A stretch of 57,115 nt of DNA from a virus, in IMG/VR virus record IMGVR_UViG_3300009435_000003; one strand, written 5' to 3'. This document shows positions 34,865 to 45,700 of the stretch, one piece after another. Position 1 is the stretch's first letter. Each line of letters opens with the position of its first letter. The position numbers were made by a program, and so were the translations under genes. The notes below the pieces were generated by a model, which had not been told where the DNA came from, did no database searches, and saw nothing but the letters and a program-made list of their open reading frames with translations.

Positions 34865-35154
34865 AGACACGACCCACTAAAGAGTTTATCGCTGGTCTCA
34901 ACAAGTTCAAAAGGGACTATCTTATTGAGGTGTTGGCAGAGAACGATGCGCTACTAGCTGATGGCTTCGAGGAAGCTTTGGTTGGTCACACGCAAGGGGG
35001 AAACATCGTAGCTGTGTACGATTACGACACCTGTGTTTCAATCCTAATCCATAGAGACGGTATGACGATTGAGGACGCTGTTGAGTTCATGGAGTTCAAC
35101 GTCGTTGGTTCATACGTCGGAGAAAAGACTCCCGTGTTTATCTCGTATGGTTGA
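34861..35154 (+). CDS. Hypothetical protein
   Basis: 97 aa, ATGA-coupled. Confidence 0.55.
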   Translation: MKTRPTKEFIAGLNKFKRDYLIEVLAENDALLADGFEEALVGHTQGGNIVAVYDYDTCVSILIHRDGMTIEDAVEFMEFNVVGSYVGEKTPVFISYG

Positions 35155-35632
35155 GCTCTCGGTAACAACGGGAATGATTCTTCGTGCAGAGCAGCGTGCA
35201 GAAGAAATGGGTGCACTGAACAATAGTATTACCGAGGGAGAAGCAAACCTAGAAGCTTTCATAGCAGAGCAGGCGGTGTCAGAGCATCTTAAGCAGAGGA
35301 TTGAAGACACCTACGATTACGATTTGTTTTGGGCACCACATGGCCACGTCCTTACAGCTGACATCAAGACCAAGCGAAGAACTAAGCTGCCGTCTCCCTA
35401 CTTCGATTGCCACATTGCAGACACTAGCCTGCATCAAGAATGCGATACATACATCTTCGCATCCATAGTCAAGACGGATAAGAAATTCAGAGTTTGGGCA
35501 TTGGGTTGGATAACCAAGAAGGATTTCCTCGGCAAAGCCAAACGTGTACGCAAGGGAGACAGAGACGGAGACTTTGTTGAGCACGTTGACGCTTACAAAT
35601 GCAAGGTGTCAGAGCTCTGGCGAATGCCATAA
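35147..35632 (+). CDS. PD-(D/E)XK-like nuclease, tentative
   Basis: ATG (MVELSV). YDYDLF..HVLTADIKTK (D...D-x-K). Last gene of the + arm. Confidence 0.35.
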   Translation: MVELSVTTGMILRAEQRAEEMGALNNSITEGEANLEAFIAEQAVSEHLKQRIEDTYDYDLFWAPHGHVLTADIKTKRRTKLPSPYFDCHIADTSLHQECDTYIFASIVKTDKKFRVWALGWITKKDFLGKAKRVRKGDRDGDFVEHVDAYKCKVSELWRMP

Positions 35633-35693
35633 AGATGTATATTGCATTGCGTTACGCCGGATAGTGCATAGCGAATTTTGGTTACCTTTCAGA

Positions 35694-35720
35694 CCCCTGC
35701 TCTTCGGAGCGGGGGTTTTT
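35694..35720 (+). terminator. Rho-independent terminator closing the + arm (at the convergence point)
   Basis: CCCCTGCTC-TTCG-GAGCGGGGG, a 9-bp stem with tetraloop, followed by TTTTTG. Confidence 0.8.
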
Positions 35721-35721
35721 G

Positions 35722-35853
35722 TTAGCCACTACAGGACTCGCAGTCCTCAGGGCTTTCGATGTTGCAAGTGATTTCCCCCGATTCAATCTTGTCTTCTGAC
35801 TCTTTAAGTTTCTTTGGGTCAAGGAAGCTGATATCAAATTCTTCTTCTCTCAT
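35722..35853 (-). CDS. Small acidic Cys-containing protein (43 aa, below the track cutoff); last gene of the - arm
   Basis: ATGA-coupled to the membrane-protein gene: MREEEFDISFLDPKKLKESEDKIESGEITCNIESPEDCESCSG*. Confidence 0.4.
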   Translation of the reverse strand: MREEEFDISFLDPKKLKESEDKIESGEITCNIESPEDCESCSG

Positions 35854-36296
35854 TTTGCTCTAGATTTTTCAATGGTTCGTCCTGCAAAGTAAGCACCAAA
35901 TGATGTAAGCATAAGTATCTCAAGGAGAGACACGTAGCTGTCTTTCACGTTGAAAGGAAGGTTGTCCATAGAGTCTAACACCATGGTCATTACAAACATT
36001 ACCATCAAAGCAATAAGCGTTACTGGCCTAATGTACTTAGCTAGCTTCACGTCGCTACCCATGTCAGCCTTCCAACGCTCAGTCACGTTGTTCTGGTAGG
36101 CAATCTCTGCGTCAACCTTTGCCCTGACTTCTTCTGGGTCTATGTCAGGGTATTCCCTGTCAATCAAGTTCTTCACCATGCCGAGTGCCCCGCTATCTGG
36201 AAGCAAGTCTCCCACGGTGTCGAGTACATTGGGTGCAGCCTTGGCAAGCCACTTACCTAGTCCGGTGTCTTTGATTTTCTTTTTATCAGCCATCAT
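35850..36296 (-). CDS. Membrane protein, holin candidate
   Basis: Start at MMADKKK (the upstream part of the track ORF overlaps the preceding gene). Two C-terminal TM segments: IRPVTLIALMVMFVMTMVL and SLLEILMLTSFGAYFAG. Confidence 0.5.
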   Translation of the reverse strand: MMADKKKIKDTGLGKWLAKAAPNVLDTVGDLLPDSGALGMVKNLIDREYPDIDPEEVRAKVDAEIAYQNNVTERWKADMGSDVKLAKYIRPVTLIALMVMFVMTMVLDSMDNLPFNVKDSYVSLLEILMLTSFGAYFAGRTIEKSRAK

Positions 36297-36756
36297 AATC
36301 AGTGTATGTGATTGTACATTCCTCACACTCCAGTGCCGCTGCAATGGGAGGATAAACTCTTTTGTATGCTGCGGTCGAGCCACCGACAAATCCAGTGGAC
36401 GCGATGTTCTCCGTCTGGGTATTGCCAAGCAAGAGGCACCCACTAGTATCGTCCTCATCGTTGCCGCAATGAATAAGGATGTGCTTGAAGTTAGGTACAT
36501 CTAATACCTCAAGCATTCCCTTGTGCATTTCACCAAACCTTTTAGTGTATCTGTCGTGGTATCCACCCCAAGTCTTCAGCCTTAGCTTGTATGTTCCCGC
36601 AGGGATTCGGGTCTCATGCATGACCTTCTCTTTTCTATCCTCGTCCTCAAGGGTGAAGCAAAGAAACTCACGGAACTCTGTCCCGTTGCTCACATCAAAC
36701 AACAGCCCCAGCGTGTCCCGCTCTTGGCTGCTAAACCTCATTACTTCTAGTTTCAT
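36286..36756 (-). CDS. DUF5675 / YkuD-fold cell-wall enzyme (endolysin candidate)
   Basis: 156 aa. ILIHCGNDEDDTSGCLLLG matches the L,D-transpeptidase-fold H...(S/T)xGC catalytic motif. Adjacent to the holin-like gene. Confidence 0.5.
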   Translation of the reverse strand: MKLEVMRFSSQERDTLGLLFDVSNGTEFREFLCFTLEDEDRKEKVMHETRIPAGTYKLRLKTWGGYHDRYTKRFGEMHKGMLEVLDVPNFKHILIHCGNDEDDTSGCLLLGNTQTENIASTGFVGGSTAAYKRVYPPIAAALECEECTITYTDYDG

Positions 36757-39700
36757 TCTTCTACGGATTCTATGTACTGCTCCTCAACATAGAACGAAGG
36801 TCTGACGATGGCCAGATAAGAGTCAATGAATGTCTTGAACTTTTCAAACTCTTGCGGCTCCATGTCTTGACTCTTCCCTCTGAGGTAGGCGTAGTAATCT
36901 CTAGCGTTCTTAAGTTGCTTAGGTAGCTTTCGAGCCTCTCTGATGTATGACTTGTAGTCCTCTGGGTATTCATCCTTCATCACCTGCTCCGCCACCAATG
37001 GCTTGACAGAAGAGCGGAAGCTGTCAGCGGCACGCTTCTTATCAAACACAGATTCTTTGTCTTCGATGACCTTCATGATTCTCTCCTCACCTATGACCTC
37101 TCCCTCAAGGTTGTTGCCATACTTTTCTGCAATTACCTCATACGCAGCGAGTGCCTCCTCGTTGGACAACCTCCTGTCTTTTGGTAGGTCATCCATTTCA
37201 CGGACAAGAACATCAATCTCTTTACTAGACAGCCCAAACATCTGACCAGCAAACAAAAATGTCTTCATGTAGTAGTGTAACTCCATTGCCTCTTTGTCTT
37301 CTGGTCTAACGAAGTACTCCGTCCCGTTGCTCGACACCACGCGGTTCGGTGGTAGCGCAAGGTTTTCCGCAACCGTTCTAGCATCGTCAAGGAAGTCTCC
37401 ATACGGGCCAAGGAATCTAGTGAACCCTTGAGTTACATCCTTCGGGGCAGACTTGTAGTACATCGGAGCACCCTTGCTTAGCCTTGTCCATCTTTCGTAT
37501 CCATCATCATCACCTAAATCAAAATCACCTTCCATCATTACATCGTAGGGATAGAAGAGGAACATGTTTAAAGCACCCTTGACTTGATTGTCAAAGATTC
37601 CCATTGGCGGGAGCGGATTCGCATCGACAACCACCTGAGATAAAATGTCTCTCCATCTCGAATCTTTTGGCATCTCCTCTTCGTCGTCGTCGATAAACAT
37701 ACTGGAGATTGCAGGAATCAAAACCTTTCCGATGTAAGCAAAAAGAGTAAGCTCAGCAGCGTGCCCAAGCATAGCAATACCACCCTCTTTTTTAGCTTGC
37801 GCATCACCCTTGTAGATTCTCATTGCATCCGACGAGATGCTTCGCTTCTTGTTTACGGCGAATCTTGAGAACGGAAGAAGAATGTTTTGTGCGAGGTAGG
37901 CAATGATAGATTTCACACCTTTCTCCTGCATGTATAAATCAGCCGCCTCTCTTGGAGTAGATGCCGCTTGGTCTTTGTTCACCATTGCGTCAGCATAACT
38001 CAATGCTGTAGAGTTGGGGGTAACAGCTTCCGCGTCCCAGTCAATCTGGTCAAAGCTTTCAACGACACCTTCGGTAATTAAGGCATCACCATAGAACGTA
38101 AACCACGATGCTACAGCCGCAACCTTGTCAGTGCCCTTAAGGTTCTTCAAGCTTATATCACTCATAGTCCTGACAATCTTTTGAAGGTTGCCTTCATCAA
38201 GGCTCATCCTCCCTGTGTATGGGTCGATGTTACCTGCCTCGTAGTCCCTCTGGAATACAGGAGAGTTTTGAAGTAGTTTGTACCTACCGTCATCAAGAGC
38301 AAGCTTAGCGTCTTTGCCCGCTAGAGTCTTCAAGGAGAAGTAAACCATCTCCGATAAGGTTGTAAGCAGATATGGGATAGATTGAATTGGGTTCTTAGTC
38401 TGAAACATGACCGACGTAAGGACTGTACTCTGCTTCAGAGTTTGAATACCGAAGCTACCGAATGCCCTTACGATGACCGCATTACGAAGCAGGTTGATGG
38501 GATTGATGAATCTAAAACCAATAGCCTTGAATGTAGGCTGGAATACTGGAGGAACCTTACCAGTGTCTTGCTGCACATACAGCATGATTTTTCTCTCAAG
38601 CTCCATGCGAACTTTAGCATTCGGGATGAAGGCTTTCATTGCGTCGCTGTTCAGGACATAGCTTGAACGGACAACTGAACCAACGGTGTTGGATAATATG
38701 ATGTTGTCTCTCAGCGTCCTCTCGTTAACAGATAGAAAATCAAGACCGATTCTATTCTTACCCTTGAGTGAACGAGGATTTCTCTCGAAGCTACTTCCAG
38801 CCACCTTCTTGGTTTGAGACAGTGAACTACTTGCTAATGCATCGTTCAATGAAATCCGTAGACTAAGCATGTCATCTACATCTCTTGAGCCTGTCTCTGG
38901 AATAACCTCAAATGCCGTATAGTTATCCTCAACAACCAACTCCTTGCCAAGATATCTCTCGACGTAGTTTCTAAACGCTGGCATGAGGCTGGAGTGAATG
39001 TCCGACGTAAACTGAACCATCTCCACTACGTCCTTACGTTCCGACTCAACCCGAGCAATCATTTCTGAAAGAGTTTCAGCCTGACCAAACATGTAATTGA
39101 ATGCATCTTCAAACTCATCAATCTCTTCATTAGAGAAAGACTGCTGCTCGGAGTAGTAATCAATCGTTCTGCGCATAGAGTTTCGAAGCTCCAAGTACCA
39201 AGCCGCCTCAGCTTGGCCACGCTCACCCTCAAACTCAGGCATCTGCTTAGCCATAGAGTACAGCTGCATAATAGCTCTGTCCATTCTGGTTGTTACGCTT
39301 CCCCCATCTTCGGTAATTCTGTTAATCTCATTCTCCAACAACTCAACCACCTGACTGTGAATGAAATCCGCATTAGCAAAGTCATTGGTTAGCTGTGCCA
39401 AACCGATAGCAACCCTAAGCTTTGCGAAGGTTATCCTGTCTGTTGGAATCACATTAGACAGATAGGAGTTTACAGTATCTAGCATGCCAAAGAACGCACC
39501 CTTTCTCGCTTTCAATCCCTTACGCCTTACAAGCTGTTCGAGCTTGCTAGGCATGTCGATATTCCCCTGAATCAAAGCGTGCATGTATCCGATGCCATAT
39601 ACCGAATCATTAATGAGGTAATCGTCAAGCCTGTAATCAAGGTTGATGATGTGATGTCTCTTTAGTTTATTGAGCCTTGCTCTGAGCTTATCAAAGTCCA

Positions 39701-42700
39701 AGTCTGCCACGCTGTAGATACCAAGGATGTCCGCAATTTGCGTATCCTCTAGGAGTTTCTCAATGTTGGCTACAATCCTTGGTAGTAACACGTCATTAAT
39801 AATGGCATCCTTCTGTAGCTCCTCTTTCGTTACAGCCTGTTCAGCCAGAATCTGAGTAATCAAATCAACATGAGCCGGGTTGCTCGCATTAAGGACAACA
39901 GTATCACCCGTATCTGGGTGTTGGATTGTTGGGTTGTCATCAATGAACTTAAGTATAGCTCTGCGGCTAGAAGACAATCTACTCCTCTCGTAATTCTGAA
40001 CCAGCTTCTTATACTCCTCCTCTACGGTGGTGTTGTTCTTTGCTGCACGCAGCTGAGCGCGAGCCATGAAAACAGCCTGTCTACCCAGCTCCTCCATCGC
40101 TTGATAGTTGCTAAGCTTATTGTACAAAATACCAGCCTCGGTCTTAGGGAAAGCAACACCAACATAGGCCTCAATCTCTGGCTCAAAGACAGCCTTGGCC
40201 TTGGACATTGAGCTGATGGTTGACATCAGTGTACTGACGAATCCTTCCAGCTCGTTCTGAGGAAGAAGTGCAGGGTTGATTGAGGCTAAACCGTTTGCAA
40301 TCTTCGCGTAGGTAGTTACGTTTTTTGCTGCACCGCTTCTACCCTTTGGCCTAGCCATTCTTTTGATTCGCTTCTGCAACTTCTGAGCATGCTTGATGCC
40401 GTCTAGGTATCGCTGCATCTCAGCCTTAGAGTCTCTCTTATCAAAGATGACAGAGATTTTGTCGATGAAGGTTTGCATAGCCTCCATACCCTGCTCCTCA
40501 ATCTTCTTTCCGCTGGTTTTGTGCGCCTGTCGGATGGCCTTAACCATTGCTGTAATTTGGGAGCGGGTGAAGGGAGTCTTTGAATCCTCTTTCATGCGCC
40601 CATCAATCAGTTCAATCGCCTTAGTCAAGAACTCATTAAAGGTCTTGGACTTATCCTTCAGTTGAGTGAGAGCTTTCTGTAAGTTCTTTGCCTTGGTTCC
40701 CATCTTTCGGGTCTCGGCTGCATTAGCCATAGCTACACGCATACCCTCTTTCTTCCCTTGAGAACGCCCCTGCTTATAGGCTACAGCTTTCTTGAACAGC
40801 ATATCAGCCCCCTCCTTAGAAAGACCCATGTCCATCAAGGTCTTAATAACCTCAGGCTTGGCGTAAGCAAAAGCATCTAGCTGTTGAGATTCATCCAACC
40901 CTGTAACAGGATTCTTTCTGCGCTTATCTCTGGTGATGATAGGTGACGGGTATGCCTTATCAATCATTTGAGAAACCTTCTTCAGGAAGCTACCTTGAGC
41001 TTTAGATTCTGAGTCAACGATAGCTTGAGCCTTGGGTCTAGTCTTACCAAAGCCATAAGCCGCCTGAAGCAATCCCATACTTCCCTTCCACCTGCCGTCA
41101 ATAGCCTTGCGTTCGTTTGCATCACTCCTTCGAACACCATCCTTCGTGGCATACTCACCGTCAGCAAGCTTGGCCTCCATGAAGTCCGCCCTACTGAGGC
41201 CTGTTTCGTTGTCAAGCATCACATCGTTGACATGAGGTTTGTCTGCGAACAAGTGAATCTTTGGTGTCTTTTTATTTCCGCCAGCATTTCTCATGACCAC
41301 GGCAGCAGGGAATGCCTCGTTGCCCGGCATCATGTCAACCTCAAGGTCTGAGTCAACCTCGATGGCGGCGTACACCACATCTTTAGGAACACCTTGAAGG
41401 TGACCCTCAATCATAGAGAGAACAAGTGTCCTCTTGAGCGTGCTTCCAACTTGGGATTTTGTAAGCTTGCTTACACCCGTAATTTCTTTTACTTTATCGA
41501 GAGACTTAGGGTTTTCTCTAATCACAGACATGCGCCCGAGGTTAGCGAACAGCTTATCCATGTAAGCCCTCCTTAATTCAAAGGATGTGTTGTCAGTTCT
41601 GCGAAGACTTGCCTCCACAGCCGAACGAATGTCTGCTCTCTTTCCCTTGAACTTAACCTTCTCACCGTATCTACCTTCTTTCTTTGCTGGTAGTGCATCA
41701 ATGATATCATTCAAAGAGTCTACGATAAGTTTGTCGATTTGATTTTGCGTAAGGATACCTTCCCCTACTAACCTATCCATGAGGTTAAGACCTGCCTCCA
41801 TTGTGGTGATGTTACTCTTCACCTTGTCGTCAGTTCCACTGACAAGCAAAACATGAACCTTACCGTCAGGAGACTTAGCCCTCATCTTGTTGACGGTATT
41901 CTTGAATGCGCTAGCGTCTCCCTTTTGTCCAAACGCCCATGTGTTCTTTGTTCGAACTGGATAAAACAATCCGCCTCCGCCTTCAGCTAAGACTTCTTCG
42001 TCAAGAAAAACAGTACCAACAAGCATGTGGTCTGGAGATGATACTATCACCTGACTCTCATTCAGCACCTCATCAAACACGGCATTGTGAAGTACGACAC
42101 TAGCACTCTCTTCAAACTCACCATCTTCTACCGCGTATCTGTTTGAGATGCGACCAAATTTCTGAGCCTTGTTGCTGAAAGACACCTTGGTGTCCATGCC
42201 GTCTTGACCCGGAAGGATGTGCTGAAACTTAATCGGCACGCCGTCCTTAGTGACCATGCTAAATCGTTCGTCAGTTACAGGAACTTTTTCTACGTCTTTA
42301 GCAAGGACGAGAGCACCAATCTGAATAACCTCAGATGCGCTTACAATAGGGTTGCCGTCCCTTTTGTCATAGAACCAGCTGTGACGGAAAGGGTTCATGC
42401 CCACCTGCACCCATCCCTCGTGCTTTCCTACAGGGTGGTCTGAGATGTTGTACTGGTCGCTATCCATGATGTCTACCGCACGTTGGCGGAGCTGCTGTGA
42501 ATCGTGATTCCTCCAGTCGCCAAACATGCGGGCAATAGGACTCTTGCTTTTCTCTGTTGCAATTTGAAATGCGAACTTCGGCATGGCAAGGAACTCAACA
42601 TCACTAATCAGTCCCGTTTGACCATACCCAATAGAGCCCCCCATGTTTGGAGACCTCACGTCATTCGTAGAGCCTTGGTGAATGGAAACAACCCACACAT

Positions 42701-45700
42701 CGTAACTGTCGTATGCAGGTATGTCCAAACGAAGCGCAACATAGTACCCCTCAGGGATGGTCTTGTTTACGTCAATGATTCCAGCGTTTAGCTTATTAGA
42801 TGTAAGGGCACTACCAACATCTAGTATGCTTGGAACCTCGGGAACAGTGGGGAACGGAGTAATTGGTGACTCCCTCCTGATAATCTCAATGAACTGCTCT
42901 TGATTGATTTCTTGAGCAGCGTAGCTCTTGAGAGCCTCTACGACAATAGGCTTTCTTTTTTGACGTTGACTGTCCGGAAGCAAGAGTTCCTTCTTCCTTT
43001 CCTCAAGCTCAGTCTGGGTGAGGTTAGCCTTGGTGAGAAAGTCCTCTAGTCCGGGCTTGTTTTGAAGCTCTCTAACGAATGCCTGTGGCTTACCGTTGGC
43101 AAGACCTTCTGCATAGTTGAATGCATCGTCGTATTCATCCATACGGATACCATCCCCAACCTTACCCTCACCCTTAACGAAGAACACAACGTCCGGCTTG
43201 TCTATTAGCGGTGAGTCAGCGTCATTCCAACCCTCTGGTGCAAACTCTTCATTGAAGTCAAGCCTAACGACTGGCCTCCATCCATTGTTCACGTAAAGAC
43301 TCTCAAGCTTTGTAGCAAAAGCATCGTAGAACTTACCTCCCTCCCTTGCTCTGATGGCCTGAAGAGGTGCGCTGATTGCCCTTAACTGTGAGTCAGGGTT
43401 CTTAAACAACCCACCCATGTATCCATCAGATTTAAGGTACGCCCCACCAAGCCCATCCTTAGTCATGAACAGCTTACCTCCGTCGTCTATGATTTTCTGT
43501 GCGTCCGCCTCCGATAGAGCATCGACCTGAAGAACCATCTTCATCTTGAGCTCCTTCATTCTGTCCGTGGCTTCAGCCATAGAAGCAGCCCATCGACCCG
43601 CATCAGTAACCTCTTCTACATCCCTGTTCCTAGCGTAGATACCTTGAGCCTTGGTATCCATATCCGCGAGCTCCACCATCATGGCGTTATACCCAGCACG
43701 AACAGCTGCATTACGCAAGTCTTCGGTAGCTGTTACCGCCTCTCCAGCCGCTAACTGACCAGTCATTTTTTGAATAGCTGTAACAAGGTCATCGAGCCTA
43801 GGGTCGGCTTCCGTCATGTCTACCTCAACACCCGGGATAGTATTTACGGCCTTAGCAACGAAGTCTTTGAACTGATTTACCAAACCTTTCTTTACCTCAA
43901 TGCCCACATCTCCAGTTGTAATGTCTCCAAGTAACTCAACTAAGAACTCCTCAGCAGTCATGGGGTCACCCTCCATCGCTTGAGCTTGCTTTGTCTTAAC
44001 TCCTCTTTGACCAGCAAGGAAGTTGTTGTACTTCTTCCGCAGCTCTCCAGACAGTCCCTTGTACAAAGAGACTGACAGCTGTTGTACCGCATCCTCTCCT
44101 ATAGACTCAAGAACGAGGTCGTGAAATGCCTCGTGGAAAGATGTGTTTTCCATGGCGGCTGGAGCATAGATGTGAATCTTACCCTTGCCTACCCACATTC
44201 CGCGACCAAGAGCTTCTCCCGTCGCGTTCATAAATGATGTGTCCGTCTTGTGAATTACAACGCCTTCGAACTTACCAGTCTTAGACAGTGCTTTGGCTAC
44301 AGTTACGACATTCTTAAGGGCACGCTTCATACTCACCCCAGTGCTTAGCTTTTCAACTTGGTCAATCCTATTGAATGTTACTTCATTAATAGCATCAAGA
44401 ACAGAGTCTGCGTTTTCTCCAGTAACGGTAGTAGATTCTGAGTCACCTTCGAACAGAGAGCCGTAGTCGTTGTAGTATCTGTCAATCTTAGAGATTCTAC
44501 CGCTGACACGATTGAACTCTTTATTGATGTCAAGGTCGTACTCCATGCCAAGCTCCTTCTCAAGCTTGGTCCTCTCCTCAAGCAACGCAACCATCTCTGC
44601 TTTAAACCCATCTCTTGTCTCACCCTTTTCAGTTCTCTCAAACTGTAACCCCAGTTGGATAATCTTCTTCTGGATACCCGTCAACTGAGACCAAGCCTCG
44701 TTGTTGTTTTCATGTAGGTCTTCGTAGAACTTTCTTCTGTTCCGGTTTCGAGTAGCCCTGCCCATTACAGCTGCCTCCAACTTCCTACCAATCTCTTGTC
44801 TCGTGGCTTGGTCTGGAGCTGTATCGTATTCCTTAGTGAGCTTCTCGATTTGAATAGCGTCACGCACTGAAGGCAGCGATGTTACAGCCATAGCTCCCGC
44901 GTAGATAGCACCGGGAATTTGAGCCGTAACGGAAACACCACCACCAAGAGCGATACCACCGTACACCCCGTCCTTTACGTCAGCCATCATGTCATCAAAA
45001 TCAAACTCCACGTTGGGGTTGAATGATGCACTTGTAATGTACTGAATGCCCGCAGTAACACCTTCGGTAACACCCTCCTCAATCATACCAATACCAGTTG
45101 CCTTTAGAAGACCCTTAACAAAGTTCTCCTTACCAACTTTAGAAAGCCTCCCTAATGCTCTTGAGCTAATGTTTGCAGCGACTAGGGCTGGCAACCCCTC
45201 GGCAACACCCATGATTGAGGTGTATGCGGACTTCTCCGCACCGCTCATTTCCTGAAACCACTCCTCGTCTCTTACGGCGTTGTACTGTGTGCCCATACCC
45301 ATGGCACTGGTGGCGGTAAACATACCTGCGGTCCGGCTTATTCTGACAATCTTCTTTGCCTGAGATACAGTCTTACCAGCAGCCATAAACTGTCTGGTCT
45401 TTGCAATTTGCTCAGCTCGATTCAGCCCCTTGAGTGAGGTTCTAAGCTGCGAAAGTCCTGTGCTTCTTGATGCTGCCCCTCTAGTGAGTACCCCCGCAAC
45501 GATTGCGCCACCCATCATAGGAACAGATTCACCCCCCATTCTGAGGTAATCATTAATCAAGTCGTCAAGCTCTCCATCATCCCCCTTAAGAGACAACACC
45601 TTGTCTGTTTTCGCTGCAAGTCTTTCTAACGAAATAGGAAGTTCCTTTGCAATTTCTTCAGCCTGCGCACTCCCCTCTTCACCGGCACGAATCGCCCATT

